The notes beneath the pieces were generated by a model. The model was not told the origin of the DNA, searched no databases, and was given only the letters and a program-made list of their open reading frames with translations. A stretch of DNA of 64,000 nt from NCBI RefSeq assembly GCF_964204645.1, contig NC_134029.1, positions 24,236,950-24,300,949 of the forward strand, written 5' to 3'. Of this stretch, positions 27,039 through 39,030 are shown piece after piece. Source of the DNA: Tubulanus polymorphus. Taxonomy: Eukaryota; Animalia; Nemertea. The stretch's first letter is position 1, and each line of letters opens with the position of its first letter. The translations under genes were made by a program, and so were the position numbers.

Positions 27039-28460
27039 TTGTCTACGCCAAACTGTACTTTTCAGCCATACAATTCACATGTAAGAGTCTTAGCTGATCA
27101 GCTCTGAACTTTCGCATGCCATAGTCAGTTACCAAAAAAAGAGTCAGAGGTCAGTGGAAAGCCAATATCCGTGGAAATCTGAAGCGAATGTTAAGTATAT
27201 AACTATGTATACTATTCGATAGAATCTAAATGGATCCATTAGCTATAATATCCACACCATTTAACATCCGTGGTTTATATAAGATATCAGAGACACAGCA
27301 GATCTCCTTACTGGAAACATTTCAATGCAGAGATGCATTAGCGCACAACGATAAACGATAATAAATTTACTTTATTGAACATAATTATTTTACGATGCGT
27401 ATCATCGGGTTAATAGATGAATTTAGATACAGATCGAGACACAGATATGTTAGTTAATTCCATAGTCTTATTCCATAAGACACTTCCATATATTCATTGG
27501 CATTGGAAATTATTGGAACAATTTGATAAGTGGAATAGCAAGCAATTTTAACGAATTCAATTCCAGTCGGCCTGCTGTCCTCAATGGCAGTCTCAGCATA
27601 TTTTCCAGAGAACATATTTGCCCAATATAAATCAATGGAAATATATTCTTTATAACGCCAAATTATCTATAACAGTTACATTATAAAATACTTTTACTGT
27701 AGTACAAAACTATAGTGCCGCCGCGCAAGTGAACAGGGCCCGCCATAATCAGGTCCTGTAGATATCTAATTGGTAGAAATGTTGTTCTTCGAATTTAGTA
27801 CTTGCTATAGAACGATGACACAGTGAAACCATTTGCTGCAGAGAATCACAGTGGATACTGTTAGTGAATAAAGAGTCACTACGTCGGACTGGTCACCAGT
27901 CACCACACCTGGCTGGTCCCCAGTCACTGCTTTTGACCAGACAAACTGACAAACTGAGTCTTCCATTATGGCTCGATTGTCTAGTGGTTAGCGTGCTCTG
28001 CCAGTAATCTTGAGACCCGGGTTCGAACGTTGGTTTGGGGTTATTTTTGAGCTGACCGTGTAAAGACGATTTTTTTCGGCTACAGGTGCCTTCGAACTGT
28101 TATAAAGTAAACTTTGGTTCTTCATTATTTTTCTGGGTCTTTTGAATCGGATTTACACATATTGTAGTTTCTGTTTCTGTAATTATTGCACTGGCGATGT
28201 TGAATGGTTCTTATTTGAATATCGGTGGGTCTGACCAAGCCAGGGGTTACTTTCTTATCCGGGATCCTCGAGACTCATTCAGTTTCTCATATAGACTACT
28301 GGTGGGCTTAGAAGGTTGGGGTGACGTTTATTTCAAAAAGAAGGCGGTAAATGATATGTTCTGATTGAGCTCTCATTGGGGGAAGTTCAGAGCTTGTTGG
28401 GTCTGCAAAATCTAAATACACAAACAACAACAAAAAATACAAAAAAAGACGCAACAAATT

Positions 28461-29459
28461 TCACGAGGATGATTTTGAACATAAAATGTGGGTTGCAGTT
28501 TTCCTGAAATGTTTACTAGCGATCATATAGATTACGCAATTGATCGCTGAATCAAACGGAGTCAAGTTATCCAACACTTCGAACAGGTATTTAATGGCGA
28601 CTGTGCGTTTGATTTTGAAGAAAGACGTGTGAATTCTAGAAATAATAGTCGGTAATTCGCAGAATAGATAAATAAATGTAGCTATGATCACTAACTGGGT
28701 CGCTTTATTATTAGCGCTTCCCTCAGCTTTCTCCGATGTTGAAAGCATCGCTTTTCGATTTTTGCCAGTCTGGTAAACAGAATACAGTAAAGTCGTGTTT
28801 GCGAGTACAAGAATACCGGCGGGAGAATTCACAGTTACTACCAGGTATATCCACGTATTAATGTCCTCGTAATAATCGTCTTTTTCGAACATTTTGTAAG
28901 TAGGATATGAGGGTGGGGCTCCTGGGCAGCGGTAATCAAGAATCTCTCCAACATAACGCGTCACGTATATAAGCGCCGATACGACGACAATCACTAGTGC
29001 ACAAATATTCACGAATTTTTTATCGATGACTCGACGAGACCAAAGCGGAAACAGAATGTGTAGACACCTGATAAATGCTGTCAGAACTACCGCCCAGTTA
29101 CGAATAGTTACCGTCGATTTGTAGGACGCCATACGGAGCCAATTCCATATTGGAAACACTGCGTAATCCTTGCGTAAATAAACTTCATCTCCGTATAAAG
29201 CCTGATAGATTATACGGCGAAATGGTCCATCGAGAAATATATTCATCAAATAGATAATATCAGATAGAGAAACTAGAACTAATAAATAAATAGCTTGTCC
29301 GCTTTCTGGCATCCTACGAAACACAAATACACTGAAGATGTTTAGAACAACACCTATGATACACATTGGACAGATTACGAATAACAATACATTACTTCTG
29401 AATTTCTGATTTATTTGACAAACAAACTCTTCTTCTTGAGTATCGTTTGGCTGAAACAT
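28461..29459 (-). CDS. Single-exon class A GPCR, family 1 copy 2, 332 aa
   Basis: 8 aa differences from copy 1. Confidence 0.9.
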   Translation of the reverse strand: MFQPNDTQEEEFVCQINQKFRSNVLLFVICPMCIIGVVLNIFSVFVFRRMPESGQAIYLLVLVSLSDIIYLMNIFLDGPFRRIIYQALYGDEVYLRKDYAVFPIWNWLRMASYKSTVTIRNWAVVLTAFIRCLHILFPLWSRRVIDKKFVNICALVIVVVSALIYVTRYVGEILDYRCPGAPPSYPTYKMFEKDDYYEDINTWIYLVVTVNSPAGILVLANTTLLYSVYQTGKNRKAMLSTSEKAEGSANNKATQLVIIATFIYLFCELPTIISRIHTSFFKIKRTVAIKYLFEVLDNLTPFDSAINCVIYMIASKHFRKTATHILCSKSSS

Positions 29460-30612
29460 GGCTGCACTTTACACTTAGCGGAGACGGTTTTAAAACATGA
29501 CTCGATGTTATTGGAGGCAATTGTAACTGCCACTAATGTCAGAACGGCGAAAGTGGTGCAATACGCATCTTCGTGCCCAAACTTACCAAGTCCAAACTGA
29601 TAAAGTTTACCAGCGTCAGTGTGCGGTTGGAATGAAATGGAAGAAAACTGCTGAAATCTGAACGAATTATGTCTATCATTATCTGACGGACAAATCAATT
29701 CCATCCACAATTATCTGTCATCAAGAGAAATATTCAATCGAATGAGATATTATCGATTCTAGTTAAAATGACAAGATAACTATTCATCCAACTATCGAAA
29801 ATATATATAATTGTGAAAAAGTATCACAAAATATGTCGCCACAGTTTTGAAATCGATTCTCGTTGAAGTCAATTATTTCCTCGATTCCCACAATGTTGAA
29901 CAGATACTTATTGTATTTATAATGGGTTTCAAGTTAGCCCAGCCCTCGCATGCAGGGGGTGGTCAATCAACCTGGTGTCGAATCAGTTGAGACAGATTGT
30001 ACTGAGAAGGTTAACTAGTCTTATTCAAGAGTGCATAGTAACTTCACCAGCTAGCTCATTTACCTGAAGCTACTATATGCACTTATAGTAGCGAAAGCTC
30101 GTGCCTTGAATTAAACTAGTTAACCAATAAAGTACAATTTGTCTACGCCAAACTGTACTTTTCAGCCATACAATTTACATGTAAGAGTCTTAGCTGATCA
30201 GCTCTGAACTTTCGCATGCCATAGTCAGTTACCAAAAAAAGAGTCAGAGGTCAGAGGAAAGCCAATATCCGTGGAAATCTGAAGCGAATGTTAAGTATAT
30301 AACTATGTATACTATTCGATAGAATCTAAATGGATCCATTAGCTATAATATCTACACCATTTAACATCCGTGGTTTATATAAGATATCAGAGACACAGCA
30401 GATCTCCTTACTGGAAACATTTCAATGCAGAGATGCATTAGCGGAAATGTAGGTTTATATACATACGAATTCTGAGTTAATGATTACAGTAAAAAACGTA
30501 AGTCGTGAGATACCACGGAGTTAGAGAGAGACGCGCAGGTTGAGAGGACCATTCTACATATCAGTCTATTTAGCATCTCAGCCAGAGAAGCCGCTTATTG
30601 TAAAGTGTAGCC

Positions 30613-31674
30613 ATGTTTCCGTCAAACGTCACTCAGGAAGAAAAGTTTGTTTGTCTAATAAATGAGAAATTTAGAAGTAATGTATTGTTATTCGTAATCT
30701 GTCCAATGTGTATCATAGGTGTTGTTCTAAACATCTTCAGTGTATTTGTATTTCGTAGGATGCCAGAAAGCGGACAAGCTATTTATCTATTAGTTCTAGT
30801 TTCTCTATCTGATATTATCTATTTGATGAATATATTTCTCGATGGACCATTTCGCCGTATAATCTATCAGGCTTTATACGGAGATGAAGTTTATTTACGC
30901 AAGGATTACGCGGTGTTTCCAATATGGAATTGGCTCCGTATGGCGTCCTACAAATCGACGGTAACTATTCGTAACTGGGCGGTAGTTCTGACAGCATTTA
31001 TCAGGTGTCTACACATTCTGTTTCCGCTTTGGTCTCGTCGAGTCATCGATAAAAAATTCGTGAATATTTGTGCACTAGTGATTGTCGTCGTATCGGCGCT
31101 TATATACGTGACGCGTTATGTTGGAGAGATTCTCGATTACCGCTGCCCAGGAGCCCCACCTTCGTATCCTACTTACAAAGTTTTCAAGAAGAACAGCTTC
31201 ATTAACTCGATTAATACGTGGATATACCTGGTAGTAACTGTGAATACTCCCGCCGGTATTCTTGTACTCGCAAACACGACTTTACTGTATTCTGTTTACC
31301 GGACTGGCAAAAATCGAAAAATGATGCTTTCCACATCTGATGGTAGCGCTAATAATAAAGCGACCCAGTTAGTGATCATAGCTACATTTATTTATCTATT
31401 CTGCGAATTACCAACTATTATTTCTAGAATATTTTATATTTTCATTAAGTTTGAACTTACAATAGTCGTTAAATACCTGTTCGAAGTGTTGGATAACTTG
31501 ACTCCGTTTGATTCAGCGATCAATTGCGTAATCTATATGATCGCTAGTAAACATTTCAGGAAAACTGCAACCGCCATTTTATGTTCAAAACCATCCTCGT
31601 TATTGTTTTCTCGGAGTCCTCTAGTTCCGGTAGATGTCGTTGATGTCGTCAAGCAAAGAAACGCACAACGATAA
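30613..31674 (+). CDS. Single-exon class A GPCR, family 1 copy 3 (inverted), 353 aa
   Basis: TM cores nearly identical to copies 1 and 2. N-terminus, ECL2, ECL3 and C-tail are divergent. Confidence 0.9.
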   Translation: MFPSNVTQEEKFVCLINEKFRSNVLLFVICPMCIIGVVLNIFSVFVFRRMPESGQAIYLLVLVSLSDIIYLMNIFLDGPFRRIIYQALYGDEVYLRKDYAVFPIWNWLRMASYKSTVTIRNWAVVLTAFIRCLHILFPLWSRRVIDKKFVNICALVIVVVSALIYVTRYVGEILDYRCPGAPPSYPTYKVFKKNSFINSINTWIYLVVTVNTPAGILVLANTTLLYSVYRTGKNRKMMLSTSDGSANNKATQLVIIATFIYLFCELPTIISRIFYIFIKFELTIVVKYLFEVLDNLTPFDSAINCVIYMIASKHFRKTATAILCSKPSSLLFSRSPLVPVDVVDVVKQRNAQR

Positions 31675-33440
31675 ACGATAATTGATATTTGATAAGCGAT
31701 AAATAAGCGGTAAGCGATAAAACGTCCTGGAGACAATGAAAGAACAATCCCGAATTTTCAAATAAAATCAATTTCTTCTTTCATCCTCGATTTTTTATTC
31801 AAAAATATTCTAATTTCGTAAGCAGGAAATTTATACGATTATACAATTTATTGTTTTGACTGACTATGATTATTATGTAACAACTATCGAGGTTTGTTAC
31901 AATCTCTGTATTTATTTGTATTTGATCGATATTTTCACTTTGTTTCTATCTTCATCCAATCCAGAGACATGAACGAAATACAAGGATTCAATTGGAAAAG
32001 AATTGGGGCAATAATCCAACAATAGGACCCCAGCTGGTACCAAAAAAACATAGCACCTGAAAACTGTAAAAAGGCTAATCAAATCAAATTATTCTGGTAC
32101 TGGGTCTTTTTTTCTCACAGGAAATGTTATAATGATGGACTTAAATCACCTAGGAATAAAACCCCCGTCCACCCACTCGTTGTTTCATTGTGAAATTCTC
32201 GTGTACAGAACATACATTCAGTAGGGCCACTACCTTCATCACATAATATCAACGTGACCTATTGTCGTACAGGCCACAAACTGGTTTGTACCAGAACAAT
32301 CAAAATCCGACGTATTTGGTCAATCTATAGATCGCGTATGAGTGGTCTGTGTAAGGTTTGTTTGCCGTCTCGATCTGATCATGATCTCACAGACTGTGGT
32401 CACATAAAATGATAAAACCACATTACAGGAGGTGCCACGACCACAATTTTTTTGAAGTTCACACCGCCCTGTTTGATCCTAAGAAATTGGATTTGTTTTT
32501 GAAATCTTCGATTGGTTTTTGAATCTTAGGTTTTGAAATTCGGTATATTCTATTTTATTTCTTTAGTACAACCACAAAAAGACAAACAATGAAATAAAAT
32601 CTCATACTAAAAATAAAGTGATTTTACTCGCAGTTTCATTGTGAAATTCTCGTGTACAGAACATACATTCAGTAGGGCCACTACCTTCCTCGCATAATAT
32701 CAACGTGACCTATTGTCGTACAGGCCACAAACTGGTTTGTACCAGAACAATCAAAATCCGGCGTATTTGGTCAATCTATAGATCGCGTATGAGTGGTCTG
32801 TGTAAGGTTTGTTTGCCGTCTCGATCTGAAAACGATCTCACAGACTGTGGTCACATAAGATGATAAAACCACATTAAAGGAGGTGCCACGACCACAATTC
32901 GGGTTTAAACACATTTTGAGAATAACAACTATTTTACCGTCAAACCATTTCGATCAACTGGAATTTAGTTGTCAAAATGGACTTACAGAATCGTTTAAGT
33001 AATATCACAGGAATCTTTTTTGTGTGTTTCCATGCCATAAATCATTAAAGGAGTGAGAACTAGAGTATATCAGTACAGGTATATTCGATATTGGTCACGT
33101 AGATTTGTTTCCACACCTCAATTGTCAACACAGAGACACGACTTCATTCATAAAATAAGAATTCTGGGTCGTGTATAGCAATGTGTATGAATTCAAATAT
33201 AAAAACTGCTGTGAATTTCAATATGAAGCTTTGGTTTATTTTAGATTGATTTTTAGTAACTCTCAAAGCGACTCATGTAGCGGGTAATTTCAACAGAGCG
33301 TGTGAAATGTTGCGATGCTGATTATATAGTGTTCTGAGAATGAAGCATTTTGAAATGGTGGTTCCATTGGTTCAGTAACACATAATTTGAGGGAAGCAGT
33401 CACTACACAGATTGTCGCGTCAAACAGTTCTGTTCTTGTC

Positions 33441-34619
33441 ATGGATAATTTAACCACTATCATCACCACAACTCGTAGAATATACCGCACTGCTGTGAAG
33501 AGACCGGATTATATCATAGCTTTCGGAAGATTCACCGACTTCATTTATAAATATAACAAAACATTCAAGTACGTTTTCTTACTTCCGCCGGGAAGTGTGT
33601 TTAACTTTCTGACAATAATTTTACTGATAAAGTGTCGCAGATATCAGTCAGTTCGTTACACGTTCCCCTATCTCATAACTCTCGCGTTTTCGGATCAACT
33701 TGTCGTCTTGTTTCAGTTAGAGCAATTCCCTTGGTATTTGAAAGACTTGGTAGTTTATCATCTAGGATTTTATAAAGAATGTGACGTAAGTTATCTGACA
33801 TTCGCTAAACACAGTACACTATGTCCATCACTTTACTATTTCTATTACTATTTCCGCTATCTGCCCAGACGATTGTTTCCTTCGTGTATATTTTCAAATC
33901 TGTTTTATGACCAGTCAATATCTGTATCAAACTACATAGTTGTAGTGATTGCTAGCGAGAGATTTGTTTCTATTCGTTTTCCTTTCTTTCACATGAAACA
34001 TTTCACCGTCACTCGGCGTAAAATTGCAGTAGGTTTTGTCATCTTCTGGGCGTATTTTATGAACTTGGATTCAGCAATCACATACAAGGTTTATCTCAGC
34101 AAAAATCGTAGATACAATGAAACATATGACAGCTTTGGGTGTGGAGATCTATTCCAATATATGCCTGTATTCCAACCCTCACAAATAAAAGCTGTAAAAA
34201 CGGTTCTACAAGAAATATTTCCTTCTTTAATGATTATAATATTATCAGTGTTAACTGCTTCATTACGCAATAAGAGATCTGAGCTGAGAGCGAAGAGAAC
34301 AGATCGTCATCAATCTTCAGCCAGTAAAACTCTTCTTGTTGTAGTTATTGTGTATGTTTTACTAGTTTTTCCGCAAGCTGCAGCTAAATGTATGTATCAC
34401 ATGATATTCGCCATTCGACCAGTGCTTTATAGAAATCATGGTATAGATATCGGTTCCAGTTCATTTCCACATTTTAAATTCTTTCTCAATACTTTATGGT
34501 TCGAGTTAGAAAGATCCCTACTAACATTCCGAGAATTTGTGTTTTGCATTAATTTTTTCATTTATATCGGAACATTGAAAGTTTTTAGGAATCAATTCAT
34601 TAAATTATTTACTTATTGA
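33441..34619 (+). CDS. Single-exon class A GPCR, family 2 copy A (392 aa from first ATG; C-tail truncated by TGT>TGA)
   Basis: MDNLTT start, TM2 LAFSD, ERF motif, TM6 LVFP, TM7 NFFIY..FR. Confidence 0.88.
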   Translation: MDNLTTIITTTRRIYRTAVKRPDYIIAFGRFTDFIYKYNKTFKYVFLLPPGSVFNFLTIILLIKCRRYQSVRYTFPYLITLAFSDQLVVLFQLEQFPWYLKDLVVYHLGFYKECDVSYLTFAKHSTLCPSLYYFYYYFRYLPRRLFPSCIFSNLFYDQSISVSNYIVVVIASERFVSIRFPFFHMKHFTVTRRKIAVGFVIFWAYFMNLDSAITYKVYLSKNRRYNETYDSFGCGDLFQYMPVFQPSQIKAVKTVLQEIFPSLMIIILSVLTASLRNKRSELRAKRTDRHQSSASKTLLVVVIVYVLLVFPQAAAKCMYHMIFAIRPVLYRNHGIDIGSSSFPHFKFFLNTLWFELERSLLTFREFVFCINFFIYIGTLKVFRNQFIKLFTY

Positions 34620-34995
34620 TTTTGTTGTAAAACGAAATAAACTTGAAACAGAATCTGATGAGTAGATATTCCCCTTAGAGCCCTGATATCGTCTGAAATA
34701 TTGATTTGTCAAACCTATGGACTCCGGTTGCCAAAGACAGCGGGCTAAATATTCCTCATGAGGATCTATCTTATGTTATTATTAATTTTGGGATCCCACA
34801 AAGTTTCTGAATCTACAAGTGAAAAATCAATTTGAACGATTTATACTAAAAGTTGAAGATACGGAATATTTTCGCGAGTTTTTAAAGGATTGGGATAAAG
34901 TTAGTTATGAGAGTTTGAAAACAGTTGAGTGCAACAATAACTAGATACTGGTAATATAACATTTTTCTCCAAGGAGTTCTGTGCTTATCAAGATT

Positions 34996-35171
34996 GACTC
35001 TGTTTGATCCAACGATCAATTGCGTAATCTATATGATCGCTAGTAAACATTTCAGGAAAACTGCAACCGCCATTTTATGTTCAAAATCATCCTCGTTATT
35101 GTTTTCTCGGAGTCCTCATAATTCCGGTAGATGTCGTTGATGTCGTCAAGCAAAGAAACGCACAACGATAA
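34996..35171 (+). pseudogene. 3' fragment of a family-1 GPCR (TM7 to C-tail); smaller fragment at 38130-38167
   Basis: Matches 31500-31674 with substitutions and a 1-nt indel, and has no 5' part. Confidence 0.85.
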
Positions 35172-36384
35172 ACAATAATTGATATTTGATAAGCGATAAA
35201 TAAGCGGTAAGCGATAAAACGTCCTGGAGACAATGAAAGAAAAATCCCGAATTTTCAAATACAATTAATTACTTCTTTCATCCTCGATTTTTTATTCAAA
35301 AATATTCAGATTTCTTAAGCACGAAATTTATACGATAATACAATTTATTGTTTTGACTGACTATGATTATTATGTAACAACTATCGAGGTTTGTTACAAT
35401 CTCTGTATTTGTATTTGATCGATATTTACACTTTGTTTCTATCTTCATCCAATCCAGAGACATGAATGAAATAAAGGGATTTAATTGGAAAATTTGATTC
35501 TTTTTTTCTCACAGGAAATGTAATAATAATGGCCATGAATAACCTAGGAATAAAACCCCGTCCACCCGCCCGGTGTTTCATTTTGAAATTCTCGTGTACA
35601 GAACATACATTCAGTAGGGCCACTACCTTCCTCACATAATATCAACGTGACCTATTGTCGTACAGGCCACAAACTGGTTTGTACCAGAACAATCAAAATC
35701 CGACGTATTTGGTCAATCTATAGATTGCGTATGAGTGGTCTGTGTAAGGTTTGTTTGCCGTCTCGATCTGATCATGATCTGACAGACTGTGGTCACATAA
35801 AATGATATAACCACATTACAGGAGGTGCCACGACCACAATTTTGGGTTTAAACACATTTTGTTTGTGAGAATTACAACTATTTTACCGTCAAACCATTTC
35901 GATCAACTGGAATTTAGTTGTTAAAATGGATTTACAGAACAGTTTAAGTAATATCACAGGAATCTTTCTTTGTGTTTTTCCATGCCATATATCATTAAAG
36001 GAGTGAGAACTAGAGTATATCAGTACAGGTATATTCGATATTGGTCACGTAGATTTGTTTCCACACCTCAATTGTCATCACAGAGACACGACTTCATTCA
36101 TAAAATAAGAATTCTGGGTCGTGTATAGCAATGTGTATAAATTCAAATATAAAAACTGCTGTGAATTTCAATATGAAGCTTTGGTTTATTTTAGATTGAT
36201 TTTTAGTTACTCTCAAAGCGACTCATGTAACGGGTAATTTCAACAGAGCATGTGAAATGTTGCGATGCTGATTATATAGTGTTCTGTGAACGAAGCATTT
36301 TGAAATGGTGGTTCTGCAGTAATCCACAATGTGAAGGAAGCAGTCACTACACAGATTGTCGTGTCAAATAGTTCTGTTTTTGTC

Positions 36385-37641
36385 ATGGATAATTTCACTG
36401 CTATCATCACCACAACTCGTAGAATATACTGGACTGCTGTGAAGAGACCGGATTATATCATAGCTTTCAGAAAATTCACCGACTTCATTTATAAATATAA
36501 CAGAATAATCAGATATGTGTTCTTACTTCCGCCGGGAAGTGTGTTTAACTTTCTGACAATGATTTTACTGATAAAGTGTCGCAGATATCAGTCGGTTCGT
36601 TACACGTTCCCCTATCTCATAACTCTCGCGTTTTCAGATCAACTTGTCGTGCTGTTTGAGTTGATGAGATTCCCACAGAATTTGAAAAAGTTTGTAACTT
36701 CTCGTCTGGGATTTTATAGAGAATGTCGCACTTCTTTTCTGACATTCGCTAAACACAGTAAACTATGTCCATCACTTTACTATTTCTATTACTATTTCCA
36801 CTATCTGCCCAGACGATTGTTTCCTTCGTGTATATTTTCAAACCTATTTTACAACCAGGCAATATCTGTATCAAACTACACAGTTATAGTGATTGCTATC
36901 GAGAGATTTGTTTCTATTCGTTTTCCTTTCTTTCACATGAAACATTTCACCGTCACTCGGCGTAAAATTGCAGTAGGTTTTGTCATCTTCTGGGCGTATT
37001 TTATGAACTTGGATTCAGCAATCATTCGCAATCGTATTAACTTCCACAAAATTCGTAGATACAATGAAACATATGACCATTTAACATGTGATCAGACAAT
37101 GAGATATCCAAATGTTTGGTTAAGAGAATCATTGACTGCTGGAAAAACATTTTTACAAGATATATTTCCTTCTGTAATGATTGTAATATTATCAGTGTTA
37201 ACTGCTTCATTACGCAATAAGAGATCTGAGCTGAGAGCGAAGAGAACAGATCGTCATCAATCTTCAGCCAGTAAAACTCTTCTTGTTGTAGTTATTATGT
37301 ATGTTTTACTAGTTTTTCCACACGCTGCAGTTAAATGCATCTACAACTTAATGTTCGTCATTCGACAAGTGCTTTATAGAAATCATGGAATTATTATCGG
37401 TTCCAGTTCATTTCCACATTTTACATTCTTTCTCAATACTTTATGGTTCCAGTTAGAAAGATTCCTACTAACATTACGTCAATTTGTGTTCGGCGTAAAT
37501 TTTTTTATATACATCGGAACATTGAAAGTTTTCAGGCATCAATTCATTAAATTATTTACTGATTGTTTTTGTTGTAAAATGAAACCGAAAAGACAACAGA
37601 ATCAAATGAATCACGAATCAGGTCAAATTCAAAAAAATTAA
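36385..37641 (+). CDS. Single-exon class A GPCR, family 2 copy B, 418 aa
   Basis: Paralog of 33441-34619 with an intact CFCC tail. Confidence 0.9.
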   Translation: MDNFTAIITTTRRIYWTAVKRPDYIIAFRKFTDFIYKYNRIIRYVFLLPPGSVFNFLTMILLIKCRRYQSVRYTFPYLITLAFSDQLVVLFELMRFPQNLKKFVTSRLGFYRECRTSFLTFAKHSKLCPSLYYFYYYFHYLPRRLFPSCIFSNLFYNQAISVSNYTVIVIAIERFVSIRFPFFHMKHFTVTRRKIAVGFVIFWAYFMNLDSAIIRNRINFHKIRRYNETYDHLTCDQTMRYPNVWLRESLTAGKTFLQDIFPSVMIVILSVLTASLRNKRSELRAKRTDRHQSSASKTLLVVVIMYVLLVFPHAAVKCIYNLMFVIRQVLYRNHGIIIGSSSFPHFTFFLNTLWFQLERFLLTLRQFVFGVNFFIYIGTLKVFRHQFIKLFTDCFCCKMKPKRQQNQMNHESGQIQKN

Positions 37642-39030
37642 CGATACCTGAATCCAATCTGCTGTTTCCCAACTATTAGTCTCTTTGTTCCAATTTCTAA
37701 GCTGCATTATAACTGGAGTGATGATATACCTGGGATCAAGAGGTAAAGCCCGGCGTTTCCGCAACTGACCTTTTTGTAAAAAAAGATTAACTTTCAAGAC
37801 TATTGGGAAAGTGGAACTATAATTGATAAAGTGGCCAGCAAAGTATAACACAAACCTATTTGAATCAATTTGACGTTTATTATTATAAGCAGTTTACCGG
37901 GTTTTCTGACCACTGATGATGGAATAAAAATGACGAGATTTTTATCATCTTTGAATGATATTATCATATCCTGCCACCCGGTCGTTATTTTCTTGTTCTG
38001 AATGCGATCAGTTACTGATACCAGATGAAAGTCGTAATCCTGTTCTGACGGTTGTACCAGTCGACCGGTACTCGCTAGCGCGCTGTTTGTCGTATATTTT
38101 CCAATCAAGTCGAACGATCCTTGAAATTTCCGTTGATGTCGTCAAGCGAAGAAACGCACAACGATAAGCGATGAACGATAAAACGTCCTGGAGACAATGA
38201 AAGAAAAATCCCGAATTTTCACATTAAATCAATTTCTTCTTTCTTCCTAGACATTTTATTCAAATATATTTAGATTTCATAAGCACGAAATTTATACGAT
38301 TCATATTATACAATTTATTGTTTTGACTGACTGATTATCATGTAACAACTATCGTGGTTTGTTTCAATCTCTGCACCATTCATCTATGCAATAGAAATCA
38401 AATCAAATCGGTTCAGGCTCTGCATTTTTTTCTCACACAAAATAAATTTGCTATTTGTGAAATGTAATAATTGTAGTAAAATATAGTAAATGATCAATAT
38501 TATAAGGACTTTATTATATCACAAAGGAAAAAAACCCGTCCACCCGCCCGGTGTTTCATTGTGAAATTCTCGTGTACAGAACATACATTCAGTAGGGCCA
38601 CTACCTTCCTCACATAACAATAACGTCACCTATTGTCGTACAGGCCACAAACTGGTTTGTACCAGAACAATCAAAATCCGACGTATTTGGTCAATCTATA
38701 GATCGCGTATGTGTGGTCTGTGTAAGGTTTGTTTGCCGTCTCGATCTGATCATGATCTCACAGACTGTGGTCACATAAAATGATAAAACCACATTACAGG
38801 AGGTGCCACGACCACAATTTTGGATTTAAACACATTTTGAGAATAACAACTATTTTACCGTCAAAACGTTTCGATCAAGTGGAATTTAGTTGTCAAAATG
38901 TACTTACAGAACAGTTTTAGTAATATCACATGAATCTATTCAGATTTCAAAGCACGAAATCTATACGATTATACAATTTATTGTTTCGACTGATATAAGT
39001 GAAGAAACACAGTAGTATGATGCATGACGA

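Larger units (their letters stand above)
24229..30443. repeat. Tandem segmental duplication of ~3.1 kb (24229-27343 and 27363-30443), each copy carrying one GPCR
   Basis: Near-identical sequence with an offset of ~3.1 kb (the ORFs are offset by 3144). Confidence 0.95.
31500..38940. repeat. Tandem duplication of ~3-3.5 kb units (31500-34640, 34996-37620, truncated 38130-38940) with a ~270-bp module in four copies (32181, 32633, 35575, 38552)
   Basis: Repeated family-1 GPCR 3' end and UTR followed by the module gtttcattgtgaaattctcgtgtacagaac...gtgccacgaccacaatt. Confidence 0.9.

Noticed and set aside
34651-34710. SECIS-like stem (ATGA...TGAA) after the TGA that aligns with Cys in the paralog, suggesting selenocysteine
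   Set aside because: Helix II is short and irregular, there is no apical AA, it lies only ~40 nt from the TGA, and Sec at a GPCR palmitoylation site has no precedent I know of. A SECISearch3 hit would be needed.
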